From Haliotis rufescens (Eukaryota), in contig NW_025963902.1 in NCBI RefSeq assembly GCF_023055435.1, forward strand, positions 12,338,001-12,402,000: a stretch of 64,000 nt of DNA, in the 5' to 3' direction. Under the pieces are notes generated by a model. That model had not been told where the DNA came from. It did not search any database and saw only the letters and a list, made by a program, of their open reading frames with translations. Below are positions 25,750 to 40,360 of the stretch, piece by piece (the first letter of the stretch is position 1; each line of letters opens with the position of its first letter). Position numbers and translations under genes: made by a program.

Positions 25750-25923
25750 CAGTAAACTACGGTTATAACGAACTCAAAGGGACTACTAATTTTAGTTCGT
25801 TATAACCGTAGTTCGTTATAAGCATATATACAGCATAACTACAGCAAATAGTCGGGACCAAAAGGTAAGTTCGTTATTTCCGTCGGTTCGTTATAACGTG
25901 TTCGTTATAACCGTAGTTTACTG
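25750..25923. mobile_element. Tc1/mariner (pogo-type) MITE, complete
   Basis: Perfect 24-bp TIR CAGTAAACTACGGTTATAACGAAC; TA on both sides; internal GTTCGTTATAA repeats. Confidence 0.92.
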
Positions 25924-28910
25924 TATCTCGAATGGTACTGATGCTGCTTATACTCTCTACTGTCGCGTGTGTCGTGCTCTCCTTGAAGACGACCTGGCAA
26001 CGGCGATTCGAAAGAGATGGGAAGTGTGCAATAATCCTCTTAGCAGCGGTCGATGTTTCCACTTTAATTCAGTTTCTTTCAGAACAAATATAAGAGGATA
26101 AGGGATGGATGGACCAATTTGTTTCAACCCGGGGTTATTGAATATACCCTGAAAATGTAACTAACGCAGTTCGCAGATTAAGCATTTCGGATCAAAAACC
26201 GAACCGAGGTTAGTAGGTTAAACGTAGATGTACAGATACTTAAACAATAGTTTAAGCTGTTTGTAGATATGCTGATCGACCCATCACAAACATCTATTGT
26301 TAGATGAGTGTTAGAGACGACATAATACGTTGAACGTCCAGACCAGTGTGTCTTTATATGAGTAACTACTTCAAGTATCTAGCTATCCGGGACTCATACA
26401 TTGACATTTTAACTTTAAACTGTATTTATGTTTCATCAATTATTTCATACAATAATTTTGTTCATGTGTCTTAAAACCTAAAAGAATAACCTGCCTGACT
26501 CTCCATCCCAGAAAAGTAAATTACTTCCAAACCAGAATATAACACGACCACCATCCCCAAATATTAAATGGTCATTCCAGCTCCTAACGTTTTTTACTTC
26601 TCTTTCTTGTGGTAAATGAAAACACCATCCTTAAATGTGCTAATGATCGTACTAAGCTACACCAGAAACAACAGCGCGTAACATGAAGTGCAAGAGAAGA
26701 CCTCTTTCGTAACCCACCCAACGTGTTTATAAAACACTGCTTCGAGTCATGAAACAAACCAAGAACACAGGACGAACACGCTGCACGAGCGTAGTCTAAT
26801 GAGTTGAATGGTGTTTAATCCTAACTTCAAGAGGCACTGTTCCCAGTACTTCAACCGACGGTAATCTATTTTGTGTAATGCTGAAACGCCTTACATTTTC
26901 AGTAGATTATACTGTTTTCAACGTGACTAATTTTCATCAAGAGGACACTTTCCTTTCGTTTGCCTGATTTCTGATAGAAGAAGTCATTTAAGCTCTGTTT
27001 GTACACGAATAGTTATTAGCATAACGTGAAAAAATCCCCCATTATCCTGTAATTTCCTGCTGAGGGATGGAGATGCAGAGAAAGGACTCGTGCAGCGGAA
27101 TATAATGTGGAAGATACTTGATAAATCTGGTTGTGAAATTCAATATTAAAAAAAAGGTCTGGAAATCTTTGATGGACTTCCATTTGATTTGCTGTTAAAT
27201 CAACTAAAAGGGTTCATAAGAGGAAAGTCATTTGACTCCTTCTACGTTGTATAGGAAAGCTGTCGTCAAAATAGCATCAAACTTCAAGATTGAGAGCAAT
27301 AAAAAGCTCATTTCATGACCATGAAAGCAAATTGTACATAGATGGCGTTTGCTATGCGTTGGGTTCTTTTCTGATTGTGTGTTGATATAATTGTGTTATT
27401 TCATATTGTTATTTACTTGTCAGTATGATTAAATGCACTGAAGACACAGAATCAAAGGTTCAACAGATAAGTGTTTTATGTTTTCAAGGAAATGAAAATG
27501 TGCGCGTCTTTTTTAAGAGATTGGACAATTCGTGGAATAGTAAGAAAGTATTATGTTTTGAGTAGAGATTCTGAACAGTAAAGACTTTCCTATCAGACAC
27601 AATGTCCCTGGAGCTGTTTTACCGTAACATGAAAGATATTGAATATTTCATTAACAGTTCAGAATGGGAGGAAGCGCCATAGGCAGCAACCATTTGCTAC
27701 TCGCTTGCCAAAAACAGCTCTTCGTTATGGAATACAATGTCGATCTTATTACTACCTTGTATGTACTTCATATCACTGGGAGGCGCGAGACTCAACGGGA
27801 TAGAGGTTTTTTTTAGCAAGAACGGAGATTCGTTCATCCTAACTATTTCCATAATGAAATGCCTTACATGTGGTATGGCTGCAAAAAGTTTCTTTTACGA
27901 TATAAACTTAGAAGTTTCTCAATTTATATAATTATAATGAACTAGGTGTTCAGGGAGCCATCGCGTTATTCTCTTTTCAAAAGATTAGTTCATGTTACAA
28001 GGGACTTTTTACACCTCATGCAATTTTCATTGCAAAATAATATTAAAAACAAAACGATTACATTTCTGTTGTCATGGAAATGTATGAGTTTCTTATATTT
28101 CCTTGACGGCCGAGACACATAAAACATCCTTGGAATACATTCTAGCAATGTATCAAATCTTAATACTCACAAAACAACAAAAAGGGACCTTATATTCACT
28201 GGAATTTACAATGCCTGTTCTTTTTATAATTCATGGAAAACAGCCTTTGAGTTTGTAACAAGATAAAACTACGGAAAGTGATGCATAAGCACATCGTTCG
28301 GCTGAAATAAAAGTGATTGCTTGTATTAGTATTCACAGACAAACAAACAAGAAAAACAATAACTAAACAGAAACTGATGACTACAAACAATGCTCAAACG
28401 GAATGAATTACATTAAACATTCCAAGGTAGTATTAATAATGTGATGTAATAATATATTTAATCAGTGATATTATTGGCAATTCGACGTTTGAAAATATTA
28501 CAATAAGTCACAGTTCAGAGTTCAGAGAATATGACCTTTCCAATATTTAACCAATGCTCAATCTTGGCTTAAAATAAAAAGTCCAATCTCATATCGATAA
28601 TATCATACCATTAATAATGTAAAAGGGAACTCGATATTAGAAAATATTGCAATATGTCACACTTCAGAGTTGTCCGTGACAGGGTGTATGAGTGTAATCT
28701 ATTCAATATATGTGTCCGCCCCGATGACCATCTGCGTTCCCGGCAAGATGCATTATCTCTGATCTGTGCATCACAAAGAGGATTAAGATAACCCGACCTT
28801 CACATTTCCTCTACGGAAACAATGTTGAATGCAAACACAGCGTGATTGTGATGCTGACATTAAGTCCATATATGCTCTCTGATAATTATCATCACCGACT
28901 TCGGTATTCA

Positions 28911-29068
28911 TAGTGAGGTCGGTTTGACGCTGCTGTGAACATTATTCCAGTTATATCGCTGCGTGAGAGATGGAGGGAAGTCTGAAGTGATGTAGGTCTC
29001 AGACGTTTACCACTTTGGTGAAACCAACGAGCAATCGTATGGTTCTGACAAACCCAGAAACATAATCA
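28911..29068 (-). mobile_element. SINE family A, diverged, headless
   Basis: GAAGTGATGTAGGTCTCAGACGTTTACCAC shared with other A copies. Confidence 0.85.
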
Positions 29069-29551
29069 AGAACAGGAGACTAGATATATGAAGTTCAGCA
29101 AACCTAAGTCCTGACGAAACACTTACGGTTTGTCACAAGAATGAACACGACCCTTGTGTACCCATCAAATGGTTTGTCAACAGTAATTGTGAAAACATGT
29201 AATTAAAGGAAATTTGACATCGGATATTTCTTAAATGTGTATTTTTCTCCTTCCATATTCATTCCAAGCCGCGAGATCTGATCTTCAGGGCAACCAGTAA
29301 CAAGACGTGATAGTTGTATTCATAATCGGTGTCAACACTGTCAATGTATTGATAACCCATTAAGGACAGGACCCTTAAAGTCCAAGAATCATGAGAAATG
29401 GCAACAGATTTGTCTTAAATACTTATGTAGCCAGTATGATGTACAATACGACGTGAAAAGGTAAACCTAGCGCTGTTGCGCTAATTAAAAGTACGTACTT
29501 TGAGGACTGTATTTGTAACAAACGAATCTTAAAAGCACTGACTAAAAGGAG

Positions 29552-29660
29552 GCGAGCCTGACCACCCGATCCCGTTAGTCGTCTCCTACGACATGCATAG
29601 TGGCCTTTTACGGCAAGCATGGGTTGCTGAAGACCTATTCTACCCCGATCTACACGTGTC
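29552..29660 (-). mobile_element. SINE family C, 5' module only
   Basis: Reverse strand reads GACACGTGTAGATCGGGGTAGAATAGGTCTTCAGCAACCCATGC. Confidence 0.85.
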
Positions 29661-30141
29661 CGTTGTTGAAAGAAAGAGGAGTCTATTTTAATCCTATAAT
29701 CCCACTTTGATTACAGAGGTAGCTTGCGCGAGTATGCGTGTAATTGTGGAAGTATTTTCCTCCAACAAGACCATGGATGGAGCCTCTCTATATAAACGTT
29801 CCGCCTCCACTGTATCCTTTCGTTTCATCCTTTAAAAGTAATAGACAGACCTAGGACAAAAGTGCAAATAGACCTTATGGACGTGCTACTTTCGATGTGT
29901 TGAATACCATATTTGCATTAACGATGCTATCCAGATCTGAAAGGTTGTATATTCCTATGAGACTTGCACTTTTAGTGGGCCACTTTTGTCCAATCTCATA
30001 TTGTGTCAATAAAATATGTTTAAACTAACAGTGTAGTTTGACCACGAAATCATAAAACTTTCTCGCAATTTGCATGGATTTTATGCATCGCCTGATTTGA
30101 TGCATCACATGGACAATCCATCCTTTTAATTTTCGTCTTGT

Positions 30142-30370
30142 CCCCAGAGAAGATCCCGATTAGAATTGGTCTCCAGCAACCCATGCTTGTCGATAGAGGC
30201 GACTAACCGGATCGTATGGTAAGGCTCGCTGACTTGGTCAATGCATGTCATCGTATCCAGTTGCGTAGATCGATGCTCATAATGTCAATCACTGGTTGTC
30301 TAGTCCAGTCTCGATTACATACAGACTGCCGTCAAATAGATGGAATATTGCTGAGTGCTGCGTTAAACGA
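30142..30370 (+). mobile_element. SINE family C
   Basis: Colinear with 14543-14809, single-hairpin form. Confidence 0.9.
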
Positions 30371-31853
30371 GATACAAGTGACATTGACTGGTCAAGTTAA
30401 CTTGTCTGTATCACTTGGTGAATATTATATAATACTGTTCGGCTTTCGGGAACGAAGATGACTTCATAACTTCCTTGATAACTGTGCTGTATTCCTATCT
30501 CATGGCATTGACTTTACCACACATGAGTGCTTGGGGCAATTGCCGATAACCTTGTATTTTTAGTGGATTATTTGTACTGAACGTAATACAAATAATTGTG
30601 AAAAATATAAATCCTGCAACTGGAACTGAATTAAACATTATATCAACATAAAAAATATATTGCTTCAGGCAAAAAGGATATTCAGTGCTCGCAACCTGGC
30701 ACTTGCATGTTGCGTGTTCATTACAAACAGATTTTAGAATATTTCCTTCTTTGCGGTTTGAACCTCTAGCAACACGGTCGGAAAAAAACAAAATATCAGT
30801 TTATTCCTTGAATTTCATGAAATACTTTTATCGCTGATTGGCACGTGTCACGCATCTGGAGGATTAGATTGATGTTTACAAGGTCCGCGTCATAGAGCTG
30901 TCAATGTTATGATCAGCAGAGTGAAAACCCGAGTGTTAGCCTGTTATTGACTAACTGAAAAATAGACGTGAATAGGATGCCGGTATCGAAAAAAGAGATC
31001 AGTTGAAATCTTTGAATTATATGGTGTATCACACTGGAAATAGCTCAAAATGACGACCAGTACTTTCTAATGATGCAACTTTAAGACAATTGCATACTTG
31101 ACGACTGGCTTAGTGTCAGTTAAGAAGGATATACAGACTGAGACGCGTATGCTGCGGTATCATATTTCTAAGTATTGACTTAAACAGGGTCTCGTCTAAG
31201 GACGGGATCTTAACACTGGGCATGTGGGAATACACACTTGTGAAGGATCTTCCTTGATCAGTAGCGTTGTGCGAATGACAGCTTTGCGGAAACGTCTTGG
31301 TTAATTCTGCAGATTAAAATATATATAAGACGATGTGAAAAAGGCTTTGATGTCGAAATATATGTCATATCCTGCTTATGCCTAAAATCTCAACCATAGC
31401 TAACGTTCAATCTGATTTGATGCTTATGTTACATATGGTACTTAAAGTCCGATCGATCTGTCGTTTGAGTTAAGAACTAATCGCACAATTGCCTCTACGT
31501 GTGTGTGACAAGATTGCTGAAGTTAAATAATTAAATACAGCCGAAGAGTATAACCTTTGCGTATGCCGATGTTGGTCAACCTTGTTAAGAGGATAGAGTA
31601 AACCAATTTTGAAGTCGCGTGAGTATCCTCATCCCCTCGTGATCATCACATTCAGCGGACAGCCATAATGGACTTCTCACACTGTACCCATGCGGGGCAT
31701 TCACTTGTCTTGCCAATGTCTCAACCATTAGACGACCCCATTTACACGCAGGAACTAAACACTTCACATCGTAGTTGTATCAAAGTAGATCCAAATTTGA
31801 ACAGTTGTAATATCCTGTGCAAGAGTAAGCCTTTAAGACCAGCTAATTTGTAA

Positions 31854-32012
31854 AAAAGTAGTCAACATTTATGGACAACAACTTCTCCAGTTTACTGTAA
31901 TGGGGGCGTTTCGGTATAGACCTTTGCTTGACAATGGTATGAGAATCTATGCCAAAACGTCTCCATTACAGTAAACTGAAGAAGCTGTTATCCATAAATT
32001 GTGTCTACTTTG
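31854..32012. mobile_element. foldback element / MITE with long inverted arms
   Basis: ATTTATGGA..CAGTTTACTGTAATGG pairs with CCATTACAGTAAACTG..TCCATAAAT. Confidence 0.8.
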
Positions 32013-32198
32013 TCATCCGTCAACTTCTAAGGAATGCCTATCAAATAATTTGTTAGAAACGTCCCCTTTCAAATAACATATATTTAAAAGGATACGTTTT
32101 GTATTGTTATTTATAAATTTACCATTAAGACGAAATCAGTATACATACAACGCCAACATACATGAGATCTGACAAAACGTCTCATACCTAATCCCCTC

Positions 32199-32355
32199 CC
32201 CCGTATAGATCCAGGAAAGTATTGATCTTCAGCAACCTATGCTTGACGTAAGAGACGACTCACGACATCGGTTGATGAGACTCGCTTAATTGCGATTTGT
32301 AATCACTCGATTGTCTGGTCATGACTATTTATTTATGTGGCTAAAACAACACACA
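32199..32355 (+). mobile_element. SINE family C, degenerate
   Basis: GATCTTCAGCAACCTATGCTTGACGTAAGAGACGAC. Confidence 0.75.
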
Positions 32356-32450
32356 AAACATGAAAGGAAGTGCACCTAAATTCACATTCAATTTTTCAAA
32401 TAATAATTAGTAGCTGGATCAAAACGTATCAAACTTACAATCCGAGTTAG

Positions 32451-32612
32451 GAGCGGTCCGGTAGCCTAGTGGTTTAAACCGTTCGTTCTTCACGCCGAAG
32501 ACCCGGGTTCGATTCCCGACATGGGTACAATGTGTGAAGATCATTTATGGTGTCCCCCACCGTGATATTGCTGGAATATTGTTGAAAGCGGCGTAAAACC
32601 ATACTCGCTCAC
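32451..32612 (+). mobile_element. SINE family E, full length
   Basis: A/B boxes; TSD TACAA(T/A)CC(G/A)AGTTAG. Confidence 0.92.
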
Positions 32613-35600
32613 TACAAACCAAGTTAGCATATACACAACATTTAAGCCTGTCACCAACCATCTTCACTAATAGTGTTACCTGCAGCTTGGAGAATCATCA
32701 TCTAACCAGATTCTGAGTCACTAACAATCCAAAGTTCCTCACGTTGACCCTAACAAGACGTCATGAGGGGTCTTTTGAAACAGTCCCTGCACGATCGTAT
32801 CACGTCATTGTTATGGGCTCCCGGTGCACCTGCTGCAGACAAGCAGCGGTGTGTGCACTGTTTACACACTGTGGATCCTGACACAACAACGCGAGTGATG
32901 TATGACCAGCACAGGATGAAGTTCACACGGATATTGCCTCTCTAACATATGATTAAGCATCTGTAAAACTTAAATTTATGAATATGCACAAAAAGTGAAT
33001 GAAATGTTAAACAAAGTTTTATAAAGATGTCAATTTGGAACTGGTAAATCCATTTCCGTCGAGGGTAGGAGGTATTTCTTATGATCACTTTTATGGAAAA
33101 TCTATATGTCAAATTTAGGGCTGGAGAATACACACCATGAAGACATGCAGATCGAATTTTTCTCCTCTTTGTTAGCTTTGTAAGACGACTTTTTATCTTC
33201 ACAACTGTGTTGCTAGCTGCTTGCATAATCTACACTACCAAGACGTCGCAGTGTATGACGTCAGGCTCGTCCGCTGTTTCATCTGACCTTGACCGTGCCG
33301 CATTAGAAAGGACCCTGCTTGGTTCCACGGTGCAATGATGTGGTTTCCAATAACTGGGTATTATCCCGTGCTGGACGTCTCAGGTCGTTATCCTTATTTA
33401 CAGCTCTTTGATTGATTGGTGATTCTCACGTTGTTATTTACCAGTAACAGGTGCTAGCTACAGGGGGACTCTGCAACAATCTGGGAATATGAGGAATACA
33501 TTTTGCTTTCAAGTTTCTTATGATATCCGTAACCTTTTAGCATTTCGAACATCTAAATAATATCTGCCTGTAGCGACTGGCCGTTTGAATGGTGTCCTCT
33601 TGTATACCTTTTTTATTTTATTATTACCTTTTATTTATCAAACAAAACTTTCGCACCGATCGATTTTCCATCTGGTATAACTTTTTCAAGTATGAAAGAA
33701 GTTTCGCCAAATGAAAAATAAATGTATGCTTATAAATGATGTGACGCCAAAAGGCGAAAATAGCCTGAGTGCGAAATGTTTTTAAACACCTAAATGCTAA
33801 ACAAGTGCAAGCTGTTTTCATGTAAATGCACTGCAGAATGTACTGTAAAGTAACAGAAAAAGCTCTGGTTTTCTGATTGTTCTTTTGAGCAGAGCACAGC
33901 GTGAGAATGGGAACCAGACTGCGTTACTTCAATCAATCAATGCTTCATTGGAGCGTTTCTACTTGCAGGTGTTCTAGATAACTGCTGGTGGCAAGTGTTT
34001 CTGTTTTTCAAGGCTGTTCGCCATGGGCAGTGGTTAAAAGTACACGGCATTAGGTTTGTATTGATAGCGTGGCACACATAAATGAACATTACTGTAAATA
34101 TGAAAATAAATACAACTTATACACTCCTGCAACGAACTGTGGTTATAAAGCAATGAATAAAATATTTTTTAAGCCTACCAATGATCATGGTGACTGGATA
34201 TTCATAAAACCCAAACAGCTGGATTTAAAAAAAAACCCAGTGCCTGGTTTACTTTTTATTCGTCAAAACAAAAAGTTGACTATAAAAACAAGCACAGCAC
34301 AGATGGTGTCATTGTACTCGGAATAATTTTGTCAGTGCATCTTTTCTGGCCAAATACACAGCTAAGTCATTTGAACTGACTAACTTCAGAAGGTTTTAAT
34401 CATTGACAAATATCCACTTAATGTTCACACTGAGGCAAACTTTAACACCAGAGAGCTTTAGATCTTTCTACGTTGGGTGTAATCAGGCATTGCAACGTCC
34501 AACTCAACGACTGTAGCAGCATTGCCGTCGAGCACAAAGACTCACTTTTGAATAGATCGTAATTGGACCTTGCTAAATAATAATGCTAAACATCGATTCA
34601 TTAGAAGTATTATCGGATGGCTATTCCAGTAACCAGAAGTCCAGACTGACAATTTTCTGACGGTGGTAAACCTCTCGCTTAGCATAAAGAATCGGCGACA
34701 GCTTGGCATGCAGAAGTCGGTAAAATACACTCTCTAAATGTCGAAATGAGTCCCAGAGGATGCACAAAGCCATCAATGCAAATGAAACCATTCAAAGGTT
34801 GCTTCTACAAATATCCAACAATAGTCTGTATCATATGATACGAAATTTGCTTTGCGCCTCCGGCTAATGTATCGTGTAACTGATATTCAACTTTCCAGCG
34901 ATCATATCAATGAACACATCTTCAACAGCTACCTGCTAATGTCATCGATTTGATACATAGGATTGCTGTCATTACAATATCAGGTGAGTAATTCAACGCT
35001 GCAACGTTATTGGCTTTAAAAAAATCTATTAACAGCGGTTAATTTTGCAAACATTGAAATAATTTTGGTAAGTTGGTTTGACAACATGCACGGAAGCACG
35101 TCGTCACAAGTCCATACTGTTTCTATACTTAGATATAACAATGACAAATCGTTGCGGCTCCCGACCCCCATTAGATAGTACTGTTAGTCGATTAGCTTGT
35201 GTAAAGCTAGTTACATTTTATGTTTACTTTTGAGACAGAATCAACATGCGTGTTCAGGGCAGCATCTTGCATGGGGCTTGATATCCGTTAGAAATTGACA
35301 TTTGCTTGTAGATTTCAACCAAGCATCGACCGTGCATACGGAGTTGTGTTTATAGTACGTGAACCGTCCTTGTCAAAATGCTGGCCTCTAGAACTAACTA
35401 TCAATGGCTTAGTGTATCTTAACCAAACATCTCCCAGCTCGTATTATATTCACAATAGAAATAAAAATACCAATTTGGCTATTTATTTTGTCCTATTATT
35501 AAAGATAGTCATGCATTCATAATGAAAGACTGGAAGAACAAAAGTAACACGTGGCATAAATGCGTCACAACGACGTACACATGGACAGTACAACATCTGG

Positions 35601-35739
35601 TTAACGATCTTGCAAAATATAAACCTAAATGAGTAACTATCATGAAGTGCCGTTTGTTTTTAGTGTAATGTCTCTCTTCTTTCGGTCTACTGGATTGAGC
35701 GCTTGGTACTGGTACTATCTACGGCCATCCCACACCAAC

Positions 35740-35875
35740 AATTGTACTTGTTGTTACCCCGCCTGACGCTCGACATTAAGAGGATAACACAAGGACTGGT
35801 CGGTCCGGAAGTCCGCACACTGAGTGGGTATCCCTGTTAAACTTCGGCAGCAATTGGGCCGGACCAGTACTTCAC
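35740..35875 (+). mobile_element. SINE family B core fragment
   Basis: GTACTTGTTGTTACCCCGCCTGACGCTCGACATTAAG. Confidence 0.7.
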
Positions 35876-38826
35876 GTTAGTGTGCACGTGACATACATTG
35901 TTTGAATATTATGGTTTCAAAGTAAATGCGTCTGAGATGAATCATAAAGAAAAGAAAATAGTTCGGGCAATATTATCTTGATAATTGATAAATTGCAATC
36001 ATCACTCATCGAGACTATGACATCCATATGCATATTTTGAAATTCATGTACAATGTTTACTGAAGTGATTGAACAGCCTAATATGCAGTCTGTAATTCAA
36101 TGCTTCATTTATGGCGCATTTCACAGGTGCAAGAATAGGCTAATGAGGGTCAGAATACCAAAACGTTTGTTTTCAAATTTCTTGTAATATCGTTTCTCTT
36201 GTTATCACACATCAAGTCCTCCTTTTTATTAGAGGTATGTGATTTGATACCTCTGATTTACTCATCAGCTGCATGTTCCGTTACAACTCTCGTTAGCCTG
36301 TACAAAATTGGTGACTTAGTCTTACTTTTATGTCCATGAATATAATACATTTTGGGAGTCCATGAATATGATACCTTTTGGGAGTCTATGAGAACGGGGT
36401 GTCAGACTGGCGATCGGTGGCACGCTTCTGTTGATTTCCATTTTTTTCAAAGTATTATCGTGCACATGATATCTGACTGAAGAAAGTCACCAATTTACAC
36501 CATGAACAGTTGAGTGTATTTCTAACGAGAAACGAAATGTATTGAGTGACATGAAGTTCATATTTCTTAAATAAATATGATTCAAACATCCATACCTTCT
36601 TGCGTCCAGACAAGACCCACCACGGTTTAAATAATGTGAACATTTGTCCTTTCACAATTTTCATGCATCATACTGAGTCGGTTAAAACCCTGACTGACGA
36701 CAGTCGTAGCGTTCAGATCCGAATGCTGAACGATGCTCAGATACGAGTTGTCTCCAAAGACAGGAGATTACACTATGACCAGGATACCGTATCATCCAAT
36801 TGTTATGAACCCTTTGGAATGATGACAATTACTGTTCCTCTAATCTAATGGTAAATCAGATTCTATTTCATTCATTTTCCAAAGTTTAAGAAAAAAATAT
36901 AATTTTCGAAAACATGCAATGAATATTTGAGATAAAACGCAGTGTAATTGTGTTTGTGTAAATGTTATCCCTTTGTGAGACCATCTAGAACTACAACGTA
37001 ACAAGCTCAATAATTTAAAATGTAACCGTATCAGATTTTACTAATTGATTTTTCTTTGTAGATCTTAACTACAGTTGTCAATAAAATGATCGAATTCCAA
37101 TGCTCTAGTGTGTTGACTGAAATATACATAGACATATTATAATCTGTTTCTGCAGGTAATAACTGATTATTCTCCGGCCTTGACGTATTATATGTTGGTT
37201 TTAAACACATTCTTGACATGCTGTTTCTCTAAACGTATTTAGAATTGGTTTCAACGGTAAAATTTATAAGCAAACCCCATCATCCAGGCATTTGGAGGCT
37301 TAAACATATTCAGAATTGTGTTGACATCTAAACCTGTTTAGGTTCACGATATGATAGCAGTTTCAAGTCTTTAAGCGATCACTCATAAATAATCATATTT
37401 TAACAATATAGTCCGGTCCATATGCAGGATGCTGGACACACTGTTGGATTCATTTCGATTGGTTAAATACATGCAAGAGTCATGCATTGTAGAGGGGTAC
37501 TTATTTGAACTGACATGTTTTAGTTTTAAAGAACTTGGTTTTGATTGTGTCCCTTTTTTACGCTAATAGTGAGTACCAGTCCTTGTCTTCTGCATCACCG
37601 TCGAGGCATTGTACAGATACAATTAGTGGAAAAAGTGCAAATGATGCCAATCATGAATCTTGATTCTCTGGACATGTTTGGTTCTGAATCACTTATGAAC
37701 ATGTTTAGATTGAGTATTCTTACCCTGTTTAGGTATTCACACAAATTTTAGGCATGTTCATTGTATCAGTATAGTTAGGCCTTTAAACGCAATAAAGTCA
37801 TGGTGCAAGAATTGTGTGCATGTGTGTGTTTAGAATATATACACTTGCTTTAACAGTGCAACCTCTTCACTCTCGGTAGTCAACCACAGGCATGGCCACA
37901 CCCATTCAAACGATGTATGCACCCTTAAATGCTTCATTGAACAAATGTAAAGAAATACAATATTTGAGATGATTTTACCATCAATTTAACTTTAAGACAT
38001 AAAGGCTATGAAGCCATCCTTCCCATTGTCACATCTGTTGAGAAGAGTTAAATCGTCAATGACAAGGGGTCGCGAAGAGGACGCTTTTGACGCGTCTGAA
38101 ATTGACAAGAAATTGACAAGTTCCTGCCGAGCTACTTGTCAGTCACAGAAACCGATTTCGCAATGACAAAATTATCCAGAGTTCATCCATGTTGGTGTTA
38201 TTCAATATTTGAAGGGCGGTGAAGTAGGAAATACGAGAATGATCAATACATATCACAGTGGAGCAATTTTTTCATCATAGGCACCATTTTTCTCGAAGAT
38301 CGTTTTTTTGTTTTGCAAAGGTTATTGTCATTGTCGTGGAATTGATGTTTGATTTACATGACTATAATAGTGGCGGCTGTGATGTACTCGTAACCCAATG
38401 ATTCTCCGAGGCCACGCGCCGATCAATGATATGTTTGCAAGAATAATGACCATAGTATTGACTGAATAATATAAATGATTATGATGGAAAACAAACTTTC
38501 AGACAACTTGAAATGAACCCGTCGTCATTTCCATGCGTGCATATGTAGTTGACTGATAACTGAAACAGCTGAAGATAAAAGTCTCCAAAACACAATATTG
38601 AAAATGGTAATGATCCCATTTTTGCACCTGCAGCAATCTTTATTGGAATTTATCGGAGCTTCAATAATTTACTGAATTGATAAACAAATTCCGTCTTGTG
38701 GGCTGTGAATAGAGTTTGCACAATACCCACATGTTGGAACCGCTGGAAATTGAGAAAGTAAGGAAACATATAGGTTATTGATATTTTAGTTTAATATAAA
38801 AATGTATGTGATTTTAACAAACTTAC

Positions 38827-39400
38827 CTTGTTTGAGAACGGAACTTTACCGGCATGTTGGGAATGCTTTGCAACAGAATGTCAGCTTAAGATTGACATCA
38901 TCCGAGCGAAACTGACAACCACAATCCTCCACAACGTCAGTCATAGTCTGGTTATATACATCCATCAGGGTAATAGCTTCCACAACATTGAAAATGATTG
39001 TTTTGCTGCCGGTACCTCGTTTAATGCATCAAAACGATCAAACACTGCTAAATCACCATTTAAAACTTACTGTAATCATACACTAAAGCTAGCAGTGCCA
39101 CTTATAGTAACAATATTTTATCGCCTCGTAAATGAATTGCAAATCCAGCGGAATTAGGTACCATGGCTGATCTACAGAGGCCGGTGCGGGGAAACTCTCA
39201 TTGGTACACAGAGCCTCGCCTTGGATCTATTTTGTGTCAATACCGGCTAGCGTGCCGTCTAACTATTCGCGCAGGAATACATTGATTCTCCGGTGATTCC
39301 ACCTCTGCATAGACCAGATGGAGTTAAAATCCCTTCGCAGCGCAGTTTCTGTAGATTATTGCCTGGTTCGCGTTACTGGTGTGAACGAAAGCGCTGCCCT
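38827..39400 (-). promoter_or_regulatory. candidate first exon and promoter of a minus-strand gene (possible start MPVKFRSQT)
   Basis: Consensus donor AAG/GTAAGT at 38826, CAACATG just upstream, CpG-richer repeat-free region 39170-39500. Confidence 0.3.
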
Positions 39401-40108
39401 CGAGTTAACGGCTTTGAGCGAATGCTTTTATGGTGCCGCTTACACCAACAAACGAGATCTTAAAAGGAAAAGGTGGCGTATCTGTATTTCGCTGTTACTT
39501 AACAGAGGAAATCGCTTAAGATGATAGAATCGACAGTCTACTCCGCGTTCATTATTGCAGAATAGCTTGATGAATTTATAAATCGAAATGATGGATCTTT
39601 GGTTTGTGATGTTAATAGAATTTGTACATTAATATAGTCGATTGTAGATTTATCAGACCAATGGACAAACAGTGCTTTTGCAAGATAAAGAATCTTGCCA
39701 CAATCCACAGACTACAAATATTTGCCACCGATAACGATTATATGACATATATCCTAATTTATAACATGACTACAGAGAGAGGTATATCGGTGATATATTT
39801 ATACGGAAAATGGATCGTCAAAAGCACACATACGGGTTGTTGCATATGCTTAACAAGCGGCCGCTTTATCAGGTATCTATGGAACGCGGAACGGGAAGCA
39901 CGTAATTCGGGAATTTCGACAAATTGAATATCATGAATTTAAGAGCAAGTGTGTCTTCAACGCTTTCTCTTCATTTTCAGGCTAAGCAACTTGGATTGGC
40001 ATAAGCAACAAACATAAATATATAAGTTTTTATCGTAAGAAGTCTTTAAAAGGCATTAAGAAGTGATACACATAAGGAAGAGAATTTATATTTATATTTA
40101 CATTATAT

Positions 40109-40360
40109 GCAGAGAGCATATTTATGTACATGTAAGAACAACAAAAGTAATAACATAACTAAAGGTGGAAACTTAACAAGGAAAGTAGCGCTAATTATCT
40201 GTTGGCTTCCCTTGTTAAGTTTCCACCTTTTGTTATCTTATTACTTTTGTTGTTCTTACATGTACATATATATTCTCTCTGCCTCATGGCATCCATTCAC
40301 CTTATGAAGGAGAAGGCGTATACTCCGAAACGTTGTGTTCCCCATAATAAAGAAGTTATA
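40109..40360 (+). mobile_element. probable Penelope-like pLTR remnant: long palindrome, minimal hammerhead-like motif and AATAAA
   Basis: Inverted repeat 40109-40282; CAC-CTTATGA-A-GGAG..CTCC-GAAACGTT-GTG at 40298-40337; AATAAA 40346-40351. Confidence 0.6.

Noticed and set aside
30216-30461. Recurring ORFs MVRLADLV... (also 41393, 40916, 53943)
   Set aside because: Translations of SINE C.
32451-32525. tRNA genes (also the heads of SINE A and B)
   Set aside because: No closed acceptor stem; they continue into SINE bodies flanked by TSDs.
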